DNA of 64,000 nucleotides from the human T2T-CHM13v2.0 reference genome, Homo sapiens. The notes beneath the pieces are model-generated. The model made no database searches. It was not told where the DNA came from and saw only the letters and a program-made list of their open reading frames with translations. Shown piece by piece: positions 1-15,390 of this stretch (position 1 is the stretch's first letter; every line of letters starts with the position of its first letter). Location of the stretch: NCBI RefSeq assembly GCF_009914755.1, contig NC_060940.1; one strand, written 5' to 3'. The translations under genes and the position numbers were made by a program.

Positions 1-230
1 ATATGTCTCTTCAACTTGGTCCTAATTTCTACCCTTTCTCTATTATAAACTGTGAGTACAATGGCATTCAATGAGTTCTGTGAGTGTTTCTAGTAAATTC
101 TTGAAACTGAGGGTGTTCAGGGGAAACCCCTGAACTGGCAGTTGGTGTCAGAAGTGAGAATCGTCTTATATGGCCTCTTCCTTTGAACTTTGCAGCTGGA
201 TGCCAACTCTGCACAATTTGGGCCAGAAGT
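1..230 (+). mobile_element. MER21-like ERVL LTR fragment
   Basis: GAGTTCTGTGAG..TCTAGTAAATT..GCAGTTGGTGTCAGAAGTGAG motifs resemble recalled MER21 family; boundaries approximate. Confidence 0.55.
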
Positions 231-786
231 CTCATGTTGACTTTGCAGCCTAAAGCATCTTGTAGTTTGTCTAACCCTCAATAAATTGCTTTCATCAAAT
301 ATTGTATTTGTTACCCCAAAATTACCATCACGTTTTTTTTCTCCAAATAACTAACATTGGGAGAAATAGCCAGCTGAGTCTGTAACTCAACAGAAACTAG
401 TGATCCATATACCATATACCATATAAGTGGCCATTTCATTTTGCCTTCTGCCACCAAATCTTAGCAACCTCAACCATTGCCATGAGCCACTGTAGGCCTA
501 CCAGCTACAAACAAACAAGTATCTTTTAAAAACACTTCATACTCCCATTTGATACATTTCCCAGCAAAGAGATGCTTACTTTAACTCTATGCAACTGGCT
601 CATATTCACGAAGTCTGTAGATATTATTCATGTAGTGTGAGAAAATCATCCCAGCGATGCCAGCACATTCTCCTTCCCATGATCTGCTTAGTTACCAAAC
701 ATATTCATGCCATGGGTGAGAGATTTGTATTTCACAGTACAACAATTTTATGGAGGGCATTGAAATTTACCTTGAGCATTTTCGTA

Positions 787-1128
787 CAGTCACACATCAC
801 TGAATGATAGGGATACGTTCTAACAGATGTATCCATAGGCAATTTCATCATTTTGCAAACATCACAGAGACTATTACAAACACCTAGATTATACAGCCTA
901 CCACGTCTAGGTTATATGGTATAGCCTCTCTCTCCCAGGCTACAAACCAGTGTACTACATTACTCTACTGAATACTGCAGGCAATAAGAACACAGTGGTA
1001 AGAGGTTATGTATCTAAACATACTTAAACGTAGAAAAGTATGTAAAAATATGTATTATAATCTCATGGGACCACTTTTGTATATGTAATCCATCTTTGAC
1101 TGAAATGTTATTATGCATGACATGACTC
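787..1128 (+). mobile_element. Tigger3a (MER7A-type) TcMar MITE
   Basis: CAGTCA... and ...CATGACTC termini, TA at 785-786 and 1129-1130, internal GGGATACGTTCT and CTAGGTTATATGGTATAGCCT motifs, ~340 bp. Confidence 0.85.
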
Positions 1129-3899
1129 TATGACAAAAATAAAATAACACATTGTAAAAAATGTACACAGGTATCAAACATATTAATATTGTAAAAATAA
1201 AAATATTTATTCAGTGTAAGAATTTGTAATGATCACAAAATGTTCACAGTTTATATTTTAGTACAGTTTCAAATGCCTAGTGCAATTACTATTTGTTTCT
1301 GTGTATATTTTAAACATGTATATAATAAATATTTTTCAGGTTCAACAATATATATCAATCCAAATGGCTCTTATAAATATTAGTTAAAATCAATTAGTAA
1401 ATTCATATATATATATATACACACTTGTATCAGTCTGTATGCATGTATGTGTGTGTAAATGTAACTGTATGTGTGTGTAAATGTAACTGGATGCATCCTA
1501 ATATTTACCCTTACCTATAAGATTCCCAAGATTCATTTATTATCTTTAGATGATGTGCATTTAAAGATTTACCAAATAAAACTGTAATCGTGGAAAATAT
1601 CAAAATGTTATTATATTCATCTTGTGCACATAATTGTTTCTTTAAATTTATGTTTCTTGCAAAACTTGCGGTAATGCTCATGCACAAAATAATTTTCTAA
1701 ATAAAAATAAAAACATTTTCTCAGTCATTAATTCTTAATAATTATTTCTCCCCAATAATTAATGTAAATTTATTCTTAATTATTAATTATAGAATAATGT
1801 TGCTCTTCAGAGTTCTGAATCTTTTGCATGTTGTATACATTTCACTAACTAGAACTACTTCTGGAATATTTGCATTAATTAATGTCACTCAGCAATTAAT
1901 GATTTCAAAGAAATTAAATACCATTCATATTCTGATTCACAAGGGTACTTTGGCATCTAATTTAATCAAGCTCTTCGTATCATCATCTACACTTTAATTA
2001 CTTAACAAACATTTCTCTATGTGAGAAGGATTGAGCAGGTTATTGTGCTTTTTTAAGATGCAACTTTTGCTTAATCTAGAGAAAGGCAATGCTCCCTATA
2101 AGGGACAAAGAGAAAAATGAAAGAGCAATAGAGATGTGACAGGCATGGAAAAAGACAATACATTTATAAAACAAATAGGGCCACAGATGATGATAATGGG
2201 GATCAAATCTTGAGATACTGACTCAGTTTATAACCTCACTATACAATAGAGCAAATCATTTGTTAATTTTTTTACAAATGGAATTTAGTTTAATTAAGAT
2301 GAATACAGTGTTTTAAACAAGGAAGGTCATCTTAAAATAAAGTAGTGGAATAAAGTGATAAAACCATTGTAAAAATGATAAACATTTTATAAAGAATTTT
2401 TGTCATGTGATTTAATATTTTTCTTTATTTAAAATCACCCAAATCAAAATAATTTTATCTTAATTATCAAATAATCATCAGAAGTTAACTAATTTTTACT
2501 TTATAATACTAGGTTTAAAAATTCTTCATTATATTTTTAATCATGTATGCTTATACATAAAATAGATATAGGGTATATGTTTACATGTTCACAATATTAT
2601 ATTGTAATTGTTCCTATGGATGTTGTTTTTCAATAGAATTAATAAGTACTTGTAAAAAGTTTCAATTTCAATGATATATATGTTTGATTTTTCTTTGACA
2701 AAGCATACATATATTGATAGGTAATAATAAGAAAATCTTCTAAAGACATTACAGGAACATGAATAAGTAATTAAGTCCTCAATAATTTGTAATGTTTTAT
2801 TTAAGCAGAACACATTTAACTGAAAATTGCTTTTATATAATACTAAAACGAGACTAAAAACATATTAACTAGCGGAGTAAGTCTTCAAATTGATAATCTG
2901 AACTATATGAGTAGAAACTTCAAGCACTCAAATATTTGAAATGCTACAAAATATTTATATAAACTATTATTTAACAATTTCTGTTTGTAGAGTGCTATAT
3001 AGTAATCAATATAAATGACATCTCAGTCTTTCCATAGCTTTGACCACATTTACCTCCTAATTTTAATTATTAATATGTTGGAGCAGTGCATACAACTAGA
3101 TTCCGATCCTCCATTTTAATGAGTAAAATATGTCCTTTGAGACAGCATTAAAGAGAGAGCACCTTGTATAAATTCAATGCCAAGAGACAAGATATTCTTG
3201 ATTCTGAAGTCTTGTTACTTTATACAGCAATGTAATTAATAAGAAGAAGAAAAGCAGGACATAGATATGGAGTCTATTTTAATCAAAAATTGTCTATAGA
3301 TTTTGATGATAAAATCTAAAAATCTACTATATTTAGTAAGTCCCAAAAAACTAGGTTGTGGGAACATATTTGGTCAATAAAACACCCCTACCAATTGCTG
3401 ACAAGAAAAAAAGTTAGGTACCACCTTTCTTTTCTGCAGATGCCCTGAGATGGGTTAATTTGAAAGAATGCTTCCAAACCTGAGGTGACCACTGAGAACA
3501 GCATAATCCACTGCTGTCTCCTACATTCAGTTTCTCAGTCTGTGCTCTTTTAATTTTGGGGGGAGGGAAGCCAGTCCTTTAAAGCGATATTCAGCATGAT
3601 GGCAGAGCCAAGGAGTGTGGACAGGTGGCACGGTGTCTGACTTTGTTCCAGCAGCCACTTGGGCTTTCTCTGGGTCTTCTCTGCCCTAGGGATAGCATTA
3701 CTATTGAAAACATGTCTTTGTGACATTCTCTATGCCAGGAACTCCCAAAATATTTTCCTTGAAACTGATGAAATGAATAAAAATAAACCAAGAGGTGTGC
3801 TGTTTTTATCTGTTTCCTCCTTTCTGCAGCCCTTCTTGATCATCTAATATTTTTATATACATTGTCGATCACCAAAAGGAGCATAAGGGCTTTATTGGT

Positions 3900-4290
3900 T
3901 TGTGGCAGATGTATTAATGGCCCGGCCCCTATTCCTTACCTGTAGCTGCTGGGAAGAAAACCATTCTTAACACTCTACAAGGTCTCATCTCCAGAATTTT
4001 CACCAGTTTCTAGCTGAGGACTTTCTTTAGCAGCACGGAAGCTTGTTACTGGGCATGAAGTGGGAAGAAAAGGTGAGGGTAACTAAGAAGAATCTCCCTG
4101 GATTCAGTGATGTAATTCTGAGGCATGCTCCACATAGCTTCCCATAAAATTAAGCCCAGATATCTAACACAGGAACTTACCTCTTAACACGTGTGGTATT
4201 GGCTTTTCTATATTTCCTGTTTTATTTTGTTCCCTTTTCCTTGTCTCACTTTCGCTGTGTCCTCACTCCTGCTTTAAGAATACCCAAACA
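3900..4290 (+). mobile_element. LTR16-like ERVL LTR, degraded
   Basis: TAATTCTGAGGCATGCTCCACA..TTCCTTGTCTCACTT..CCTCACTCCTGCTT resembles recalled LTR16 family; boundaries approximate. Confidence 0.5.
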
Positions 4291-7200
4291 AATACGGTCA
4301 TTTATTTTTTTAGACTCTCAGAACACAGTTGATAGTTGAACTTCTAATCTATGATAATCAGCTTGGATGCTATACTGAAAGGAAGATGGTGAACTCAAAA
4401 TGTCTAATTAAGCTACAATTTAAAGAATATATTGAATCATGTCCAAGGATTTAAAAAACCTAACCGGCAGTGTCACAATTTCTTCTTTTTAGTTTACATG
4501 GTTTCTTAAACGCCTACAATTATTTTAAAGGAAGCCTTGAGTCTAGGAAAAATTGAGACATATGGAATAAATTACTAACCCATTTCTCCTTGAAATCCAT
4601 TAGATGTTTGATGATTTTTCACATATATTTCTGAATTGAAAAGCTAGTTGGGAATTATTTTTATAAGCATATCCTTATGTAATATTTCGTTTATAACAGT
4701 GAATTGAAGGTTTAAAGATTAAATTATTCTATCCAGAGAATGAAAAGCAATTATTTCACAAGGAGAACATGTGTATGTTGACACGACATTTTAAAATCTA
4801 GATTTCAAAATAGGTCCCATATAATTTTGAGTCAATTAGAATATGTTTGTATCAGTCTGTCTACAGTTTTACACCTGTCAAAAGGTACTTGAACTAAAAT
4901 AAGTACCTTGAACAATTTTGAAATTTATTATTCCTCTGAAACTGATTAAAAGAATTATGGTAGAGTGAAATTCTGATTGGCATAACTTGGGAGAGAAATA
5001 ATTCCTTGGAGATCAACCTCTGCCAAGATAGTTTATAATGACATTGAGACTTTTTGATTTACACAATTTGTTATACAAAAAATACTAAGACGATGACACA
5101 TAATACACAGACTTTAATTAAAATTCTACTAAAATTAAATGTCTAAATAAATTACAAGGGTACGTGGTACATCTAAATGTATGTTTATATATTTTATTTA
5201 TGCATTTTATTCCTAGGGTTGCCTTTGCTTTCGTTTGTAAAACGTTATTATTTTTATGATAATGTAGTATATACTAAATAAAAAAAATCAGGAAATAGAA
5301 AATGAAGAAGGAAACATTAGCTATTGTCAACCAGATAAAAATTGTTCAATCTCTAAGTACATGAATGATGTATTATTTGTACAGCATGTACAATGTTTAT
5401 GCTTCACAGGGTGAGGTAGAGACTGCAAAACATTGAACCTGGGACAAATAAGAAAGTAAGGAAATTTTCACAATATATTAATTTTATAGCAAATGTTGAA
5501 CTTAACAGTTAAGATACAAGTAGTGAAAAATGATAGTATTTAAGGAAATCTAGAAAATTTAATCTATATCAGTAATGTGTGAGAAGTATTAGAATAATGC
5601 TTGTATTTCTGGATTGGCATCGATTTCTATTGAGACTGGAAACATAATAGAAGTGAGCAAAAAAGAATTTAAATTGTGGATACTTGAGTTTTATACCTAG
5701 GAGTTCGAGAAATACATTTTGTTACTTTCAAAGCAGTTGGCACAAGAGTGTACAAAATTCCCTAATTGTGTCTATGTGGAGAAGACATAGACAAACAGAG
5801 AATAGCAAAACAGAAATAGCAAAAAAGCACAAATAAATTTTACCTGTATTTTTACGTAAAAGCCAATTAGAATAGGAAAACATGAAATTTGTGTTTTATC
5901 AAAATTTTTCTCTTTCTTATAGTATAGTTGATTATATTACTGAAAAAAAATTGAAGCATTGGTATGTTCACAAAAAAAAGTAAAATATAAGGTCAAAACC
6001 ATGGGAATGCAGGGAGCAGACAAAATACACCTAAACACTGAAACTCATTTTGTCCTATGGACATGTAGCAAAATGAATGAGTGCAGATTCCTACTGTCAT
6101 ACATCACATAGAACAGTAAAGAAATACATAGTTTTTCCCAAGATAGGGCATCACACAGGAGCTCTTCCCTAAAGCTAGCACCAAAATTTATATCCTCAGT
6201 ATAAAGAAGAATCAGAGGTAAATTAGTCCCATTTCACATTCCCTGGAAATGGCAAATAAAAATGACTTGAGATTGGACAGATTTAAAGAAACTGAATCAT
6301 TAATGATTTACAGCAATTAATTTAAAAATTGTTTAAATGTGCTGTCCAAACATACGTCCAAACACCTTTAGGCCAAGAATTAATATAATGTGGTCCCAGA
6401 ATGGTGGCGCCTTTAGTAGACTCACAAAAAATTCAAATTCTCTTTGTCAAATTTTCTTCTTACTAATATGCAAAAGGTCACAATAATACTTTTCAGAGAA
6501 AAATAAATCTTTGTCGTTCAAAGGCATCTAAGTACGCAAGGAAATTATATTCCACCATTTGAAAGGAAAGCAGAAAAAGAGTACAAACAGATCCACAAAG
6601 GTTCAGTAGTAGAAATATCACTGTTAGAATATAAAGCACATTTGCTTTTAAAAAATTTTTTAAAAAATGAATATGTTTTTAGGAGACTAAAAAATTGATG
6701 TGGCAAATTTGAAAAGTAGTTTGTATATAGTATTTTAAATTAAAAACTCAAAAATGAACTCATCAGATTAGACATGGCCATGGTGAGAGTTCATAAATAC
6801 TTCAGAATCCATTACATAAAATTTTTAAAAGTGCACAACCTGGACAGAATCATGAAGAGACATGGAAGATACAGTGAGAAAGTGTAGCATGTGTTTAGTG
6901 AGTGTTCTCATAGAAGAAGGGAACTGGGAAGGGACAATATGTGATGGTATTTTGGCTGAAAGTTCTCTAGACTTTTGTAAGACACTAATCCGCATATTCA
7001 AAAATTCTATGCATGCTAAGCAAGCTACAATGGAGATAAACCTACATCTACATATCTCCTAGAGAAATAGTAAACAATCAGGAAGGGAAAAATATTTCAA
7101 TTAGCACTAGAAAAATCAAATTACCTTTAATCATATTGAAATCTGAAAGCATGAAAGGTAAAATAAACCATATTATTTGTTAAGAATAATAATGCCATTC

Positions 7201-7546
7201 TGAAATTCTCAACCAAGAAAAATATTCATCAACCTATGGCTAAATAACATATTTAGAGACAAAAAACAAAACGCCACCATCAGAATTCCACTAAAGGAAC
7301 TAAAAAGAAACTCTGAAAACATGCTTCAGAAAGATTGAAGTTCTCAAATCAAAGAATGAACACAGAGCAAAATATATTGTAAACATACAGATAGATATAA
7401 ACAAAAAATTAGGTATTGAAACAAAAAGATATTTAAAATTAGATAAGGACTGCAATATGTATGTTAGGAAGCAAATTATTAGGGCTGAAGTATTCAAAGA
7501 CCCCTTAATTGTCTGACAAAAGCAGAAAGATATGACTTTGCAACTC

Positions 7547-7852
<306 letters not shown>

Positions 7853-7978
7853 GACTTTGGAACTTTAATAAATTGACTGGACATTATGCATTTCTCTGTT
7901 GTATCTATGAAAACAATAAAAATAAAAGTCATAATTTTAAAACAAGAAGAGAGAAACTGATAGGAGAAAATGAGACAT

Positions 7979-8006
<28 letters not shown>
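7979..8006. repeat. (TA)n microsatellite
   Basis: 14 perfect TA units. Confidence 0.95.
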
Positions 8007-8010
<4 letters not shown>

Positions 8011-9041
8011 AATTAATAATACAAAATTAAGTATAAATGATCAAAGATTAACTTAAACCTAAGTAGACAATGTTTTTGTTAAAATACAAAGATTGGCAAA
8101 ATTTAAAACATCCGTCTCTATCACAGTTACAAGAGAGGCAACTAATATATAAATTTACAGAAACTTTGAAGTTCAAACAATACAGATACTGTGTATATAT
8201 GATATATATACAAACATACTACATGAATATAATTTTTTAAAAAGTTGCTATGTAGACAAAATAGAATGTAAGTTAGAAACATTTATTAAAATAAGTTAGT
8301 CTAACCAGTGTGATAAAAGTTTTAAGTTATTAAGAAGATGTGATGACTTAAATGTGCATTAGCCTGATACATACATATATATATAAACACAAACCACACA
8401 CTCTCTCTCACACACACAGACACACACGTATTTAGAGAGTCAAATTATATAAAGCAAAAATATCAGAAAGTAAGTAGAAATGGATAAGCCCCCAAATATT
8501 ATAGACATTTCAAACACACATCTTTCAGTAATAGATAAAAGAAAAAATTAAAAGAATAAGTTTTAAAAGTGGATTTTAAAAAGGGCAAATATTATATAAG
8601 GAACATGAATATTATAATTCATGTTATTTTCATGTTCATAGAGAATACTTACAAAAATTAACATTTTCTAGACCATACCACAAATTCAAACAATTTTCAC
8701 GGAAATAACGTGACACAGAATGTATTTCCTAAACAAACAGCAATGAAGGCAGATATCAATACAAAAACGAAAGCTAGGAACATAAGTCTAATAATATTGG
8801 TTGGAAGCTATTTTAATGAATATTGAAATATTTTAAAGGTGAATAGTCAATAGAAATAAACCAAACACTTTTGTAAGGCCACTAAGATGCATGTGTAATG
8901 TGTAATGCCTCCTTTTATAAGGAGTAAATCTGTAACATCACCTGGGCTATTTGACAACTGCAAAGTGAATGTGAGAAGGAGAGAAACAGTGAGAGAGAGA
9001 GAGATAAAACCAGTAAAATAAACATAAAGAATGAAGGAGAT

Positions 9042-9432
<391 letters not shown>

Positions 9433-11573
9433 TTAAATCTAACAAATATCTAGGTAGACTGATGGAGAAAAATATAGAAAATGTACAAAAAACCAATTAC
9501 CTGGAATGCGAACGTTACAAAACGTCAGCAGTTGTAGATTTTAAATAAGCAACGATTTTTGAGTTCAACCATGATGGGGTATATTGAAAAGAATCTCTCA
9601 GAAAAAAAGAAAAAGAAAACTGTTATAAAGCTATGTACAAAATGTTAAGCACTATTAAAGTCTTCCAAATCTACCAGTTATGGAGTTATTGGTCTTGGAC
9701 TAACTGTCCTGAAAAGAAAAGAACAAAACAAAACAAAACAAAACCTAAAAACCTGGATAAAATGGCCTACCGTGGGCACTGGCAATGTATCCAAGCAGGT
9801 AGGACCTGGGTACTACATTCCCTTTGTCAGAACACAAAGCATTCATACACTCTTCTCACCCTCACTTTCACCTTTTAATCTTAGATCTACTATTAAATGT
9901 ATTCAACATTACTATGAATCCTTTAGTCAAAATTTCTTTACTCACATTTTGCTTGATGCACTTGGATAGACTGTTCAAGAAAGTGTGAGTAGTGAATTCC
10001 TCAAACTCTTGCATATTCAAAATCACATTTTTGAACCTTGATGCTTGAAGTGTAGCTTGCATAACAGATGGGCTTTAAGCCAATTTTGGCATGCAAGGGG
10101 TTGAGTTTATTAGGCATCAGCACCGCTGAAAATCGTGGGGATGCAGGCTTAATTTCAACACTATTCTAAATACTTGAAAGATATTATATAATTCTTTAAT
10201 AAACTCCTGTGTCTACAAATGGTTCACATTAACTGAATATCCATGATTAAACATCTATAAAATCAAGGCACTGTTATTTAGTGGAGACTTGCTGGCTATT
10301 CTATGAGAGGAGGTATTGTTATTGTAATCTCATCCTCTCATAAAAGTGTATCATATTACTCATAACCAGCCCTTCATATTCTATTCCCATTTTGGTATTT
10401 TAAAATAAGATGTCTTTGAAACACTTGAATTCAAAGAGGGAATCTGAATAATTTTTAAAATGTCAATGAAATGCCATTTCTTCATGCTTCATCAACTAAA
10501 AATTGACTAAAGTGCTTCTCTTCAAACTTTCTGGAACATTTTTTATATAAATTCTAAGAACAATCACAATAGGTTTTAACCACAAATGTGAGGATATTCT
10601 AAATGTTAGGGTGGAACAATTTTTTAAATAACTTTATAGTAATTTTTTTCATCATAGTGACAATGTGCTAAATTTTTGTAAGCCAACTATTACTGTAGAC
10701 ATTTAAGTCAGGATTCTAAGAAGGTGTTCTAAAGTCCAAAATTTAGTTTCATATACACGGATATTATATATATATTTGCATAAAAAATTAATACATGTGA
10801 GCCATGTTTCAAATAGTTGAGAGATTATTATATCAAAGATTATTGATTATATAAAATGCCAATTACTTATAGGCAGACATGCTTTAAATAATTACAAAGG
10901 CAGTTGTGGTTGATTCTACTCTTGCTACTGGCATTTATATGGACATAATATTATGGTCTGAAGAATATTTAGGCAAATTTATCCCTCATATGATCAGAAG
11001 AACAATGTAAGATAGTTTATATCTGAAAGGAAAAAAAATCTTTATATGGTTCTGAAAGCGTAAATCATTAACAAATTGGATAATAATTAGCATAAAAATA
11101 CACAAACATGCCCTCTTCCTAGTAGTAAGTACACAGTGACAACAGAATCAAAGCATGTGGCTATGTGCATGTTTATATTTCAAGACGCAGAGCACTCTAT
11201 TCCTCTTCTCTGCCCTTTCTAGATGGCACAATTCCTCATGAATCTAAGTGAAGTCATAGGGTGGATTAGGGTGACCTGCCATTTGTATGCAATTGATCTC
11301 TATTTTGGAAGTAATTAATGTAAAAATATATTTTTAAAAGATAATTTCAAATTTCAGGGCAAACTAGCATGGTTTCACCTCTTTTCTTTGGAACATTTTT
11401 TCTAATGTTGGAAAAGTAAGGTAGGCTTTAGTACAATTTTAAATAATAAGTTTTCAAAGTGAGACGCAAAATGGTGGCGCCAACACATTTAAAATCTGCT
11501 ACATTTTGAATACACTTATTGGAGAAAAGACCTTCTCATCATTTTTCTCTTACAGGAAAGGAAATAACATGTA

Positions 11574-11945
11574 CAGTTGACCCTTAAGCAACACGGAGGT
11601 TGGGGTGCTGGCCCCCCTGCACAGTAGAAAATCCACTATAACTTTGACTCCCCCAAAACTTAATTACTAATAGCCTACTGTAAGCCTTACAAATAACACA
11701 GTCAATTAACACATATTTAATATGTTATATGTCTTATATACTGTATTCTTAACAAACATGCCAGACAAAAGAAAAAAGAAAATCATAAGGAAAATATATT
11801 TACTAGTTATTAAATGGAAGCAGATGATCAAACAGGTCTTCATCCTCATCCTTTTCATGGGCAGGGTGTGGATAAGGATGTAGAATTGTTGGTTTTGCTA
11901 AGTGGACGTGCACAGTTCAAACCCCTGTGGTGCAAAGGCCAACTG
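11574..11945 (+). mobile_element. Tigger2a (MER28-type) TcMar MITE
   Basis: TIRs CAGTTGACCCTT... / ...AAAGGCCAACTG with flanking TA dinucleotides (11572-11573, 11946-11947). Confidence 0.85.
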
Positions 11946-12039
11946 TATAGCCATTGAATAGCAATTTATTTTTAGAAATTATCCTCACTAAAATACTCTT
12001 AGAAGGATGCCAAGAAAAAAAAAGAATAAGTATTTTTGG

Positions 12040-14003
12040 TTCATCTATTTCATCGTTTCATTTCAGTATTTCATTTTATTTCATCATTTCATTTCCTCAT
12101 TTCGTCATTTCCTTTCATCCTTTCATTTTATCATTTCATCATTTCATCTCATTTCCTCATTTCATCATTTCATTTCATCCTTTCATCATTTCATCATTTC
12201 ATCTCATCATTTTATCATTTCATTTCATTCTTTCATTTCATTTCATCATTTCATCTCAGCATTTCATTTCATCATTTCTTCATCTCATCATTTCATCATT
12301 TCATCTCATGATTTCATCTCATCATCATTTCATTTCATTCTTTCATTTCATTTCATCATTTCATCTCAACATTTCATTTCATCATTTCACTTCATCTCAT
12401 CATTTCATCATTTCATCTCATGATTTCATTTCATCTCATCATTTCATTTCATCTCATCATTTCATTTCATCTCATCATTTCATCTTTTCATCTCATCATT
12501 TCATTTCATCATTTCATCTTTTCATCTCATTTCATCAATTCATCATTTCCTCTCATTATTTCATCTCATTTCATTTCACTTCATTTCATTGTTTCATTTC
12601 ATTTCATCATTTCATTTCATCACTTCATCTCAACATTTCATTTCGTCATTTCAGTTCATCTCATTTCATCATTTCATCTCATGATTTCATCTCATTTCAT
12701 CTCATCATTTCATTTCATCTTTTCATCCATCATTTCATCATTTCATCTCATTTCATTTCATCATTTCATTTATTTCATCATTTCATCATTTGACTTCATA
12801 TCATTTCATCATTTCATATCATTTCATCATTTCATCTTTTCATTCCATCATTTCATAATTTCACTTCATCATTTCATCATTTCATTTATTTCATCATTTC
12901 ATCATTTGACTTCATGTCATCATTTCATCATTTCATATCATTTCATCATTTCATCTTTTCATTCCATCATTTCATTATTTCATCATTTCAATTCATCCTT
13001 TCATTTCCTCATTTCATCATTTCATTTCATCCTTTCATCATTTTATCTCATGATTTCATCCTTTCATTTCATTATTTCACTTCATCATTTCTTCTAATTG
13101 TTGCACTTCGTCATTTCATCATTTTATCATTTCACTTCATCTCATCATTTCATCAACTCATGATTTCATTTCATCTCATCATTTCATCTCATTTCATCTT
13201 TTCATCTCATCATTTCATTTCATTTCATCTTTTCATCTCCTCATTTCATCATTTCATTTCATCAATTCATCATTTCATCATTTCATTTCATTATTTCATC
13301 ATTTAATCATTTCATTTCATTTCATCATTTCATATCATTTCTTCATTTCACCATTTGATCATTTCATTTCATCATTTCATCATTTCACTTCATCATTTCA
13401 TTTCATTTCCTCATTTCATTTCACCATTTCATTTCAGCATTTCATCATTCCATTTCATCATTTCATTTCATCATTTCATCATTTCACTTCATCTCATCAT
13501 TTCATTTTTCATTGCATTATTTCATTTCATCTCATCATTTCATTTCATCATTTCACTTCATCTCATCATTTCATCTCATGATTTCATTTCATCTCATCAT
13601 TTCATTTCATCTTTTCATCTCCTCATTTCATTTAATCATTTCGTTTCATTTCACCTTTTCATCTCATTTCATCATTTCATTTCATCAATTCATCATTTCA
13701 TTTCAATATTTCATCATCTTATCATTCACTTCATTTCATCATTTCATTTCATCATTTCATATCATTTCCTCAATTCATCATTTCATCTTTTCATTTCATC
13801 ATTTCATCATTTCATTTCATTTCACTTCATTATTTCATTTCATTTCATTTCACCATTTCATGTCATTTCATCATTTCATTTCATCATTCCACTTCATCAT
13901 TTCATTTCATTTCATCCTTTCATCATTTCATCTCATTATTTCATTTCTTCATTTCATCATTTCATTTCTTCATTTCATCATTTCATCATTTCATTTCATT
14001 TCA
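12040..14003 (+). repeat. (CATTT/CAT)n satellite-like array, ~1.96 kb
   Basis: Continuous mix of CATTT, CAT and CATCT units; G almost absent from the plus strand. Confidence 0.97.
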
Positions 14004-14870
14004 GTGATACATGTATTTAAGTGCTAATGCGATGCCCAGGAGACACCCTATTTCCCTTTGTAAAACACCTCCTTCATCAAAAGGCAACTTCTCATGGCTT
14101 CCTAAGTCTACAGGGATACCAGCCTCTCTTCAACCACCCAATTTCATTTAGAACCTCAAACAGCGCCTCAGTTTCATAAAAAACTAAAACATAAAAACAA
14201 CACTTGGTTGTAAGTGAGCCAACAGTTTCTTGTCTCTTTCTCTGCTCAAGGCTTAAGGCCGTGTCTCCTCAACTACATTCGGTGGAAGAAAAGATCCCCT
14301 GGACAAATAAGTTTGAGAATTGTTGTTGCAGGAATTCTCAGAACCTTCAAAACACAAATCCTCATCCGCAGGGATCTTCAGGAGGGAGATGGCTGATGCA
14401 GCACAACTTTCTTTCACAGGAGTATCTTGCAGAATATAGTATGAGATACAGAAAGGCTGCATTGAGTCTTTTTAATGGCCCGGGCCTTGGTGGGGGTGGG
14501 GTAGGAGCTCTCCAGATAGCATCTAATGAGTAGGAACATTCAGGTGGCTTTTTTTTTTTCCTTATTGGCAAAACTGTGTGTACACCATGAATGAAGCTGG
14601 TCTCCCTTATCCATATCAAAACTAAACCCAAATTAATTGGCTAAATTGGGACTCAACACCTCCAGCAGCCACGCGGCAGAAAGCCCCAACACACTTTAAA
14701 TTAGCTTACCTCATCATATTTGAGGAAAGCAAAACGCTTATGACCAGTGTGCTGCTAATACAAGTCTACAGATAATGCTGTATGAAAAACTAGTTTTCCC
14801 AATCATAGCTGGCATAGTCCACATTTTGCATTACACTTTCCCCCCTTTTTTTAAATTTTAAACACAGGTC

Positions 14871-15024
14871 TTTTTCTCTTCTTTTTTTAAATTTTAATTA
14901 GATTATACAAGATGGAGTCTCAGTATGTTGCCCAGGCTGGTCTTCAACTCCTGAGCTCAAGCGATACATCCGCCTCCGCCTCCCAAAGTGCTGAGATTAC
15001 AGGCCTGAGACACTGTGCCTGGCC
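14871..15024 (-). mobile_element. FLAM/AluJ left monomer
   Basis: Single Alu arm ending ..GTGCCTGGCC; TSD-like TAAACACA(GG/AA)TCT on both sides. Confidence 0.85.
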
Positions 15025-15390
15025 TTAAACACAAATCTTAATTCATTCTTACAATTATTCTGAGGTTAAAAAAATGGAAGGGGAAGAAAAATGGCAAGCA
15101 GGTAGGCTGACTTCAGCTTCATTATTTGGAAGGACAGTTTGCTTGGTTAAAACACACTACTGCCTACAAAGGCCAAGACAACAGAAAAATACAGACTTAC
15201 ATAAATAGATTTTATATGTGACAGCAGTTTGAATGGAGACTTTTTCAATGCAATGAGAAACAGCTGTGCTTGGGAATAAATGACAACAAATTTTTTTTAT
15301 CTCAACAGCTGTCCTGAGAGCATGTCTCTACATCTCTACCTGCATTCTGGAATCAGGGAGAAAGCCAAAACGGACGACAAGACACTAGAT

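Larger units (their letters stand above)
1..2620 (+). repeat. Segmental duplication copy A (direct repeat of 46434-49051)
   Basis: Colinear with 46434-49051 (offset 46433 at the start). 9 mismatches in 219 nt between 589-807 and 47022-47240. Both copies share the Tigger3a insertion and the same micro-duplications. Confidence 0.97.

Noticed and set aside
589-807. 72-aa ORF apparently conserved at 47022-47240 (also 1797-1997 / 48229-48429)
   Set aside because: Conservation reflects the recent duplication. Most differences change amino acids, and the first ORF ends inside a Tigger3a element.
11954-14027. Long Phe/His/Ile/Ser-rich ORFs (up to 279 aa)
   Set aside because: Translations of the CATTT array, which is nearly unable to form stop codons; no domain structure.
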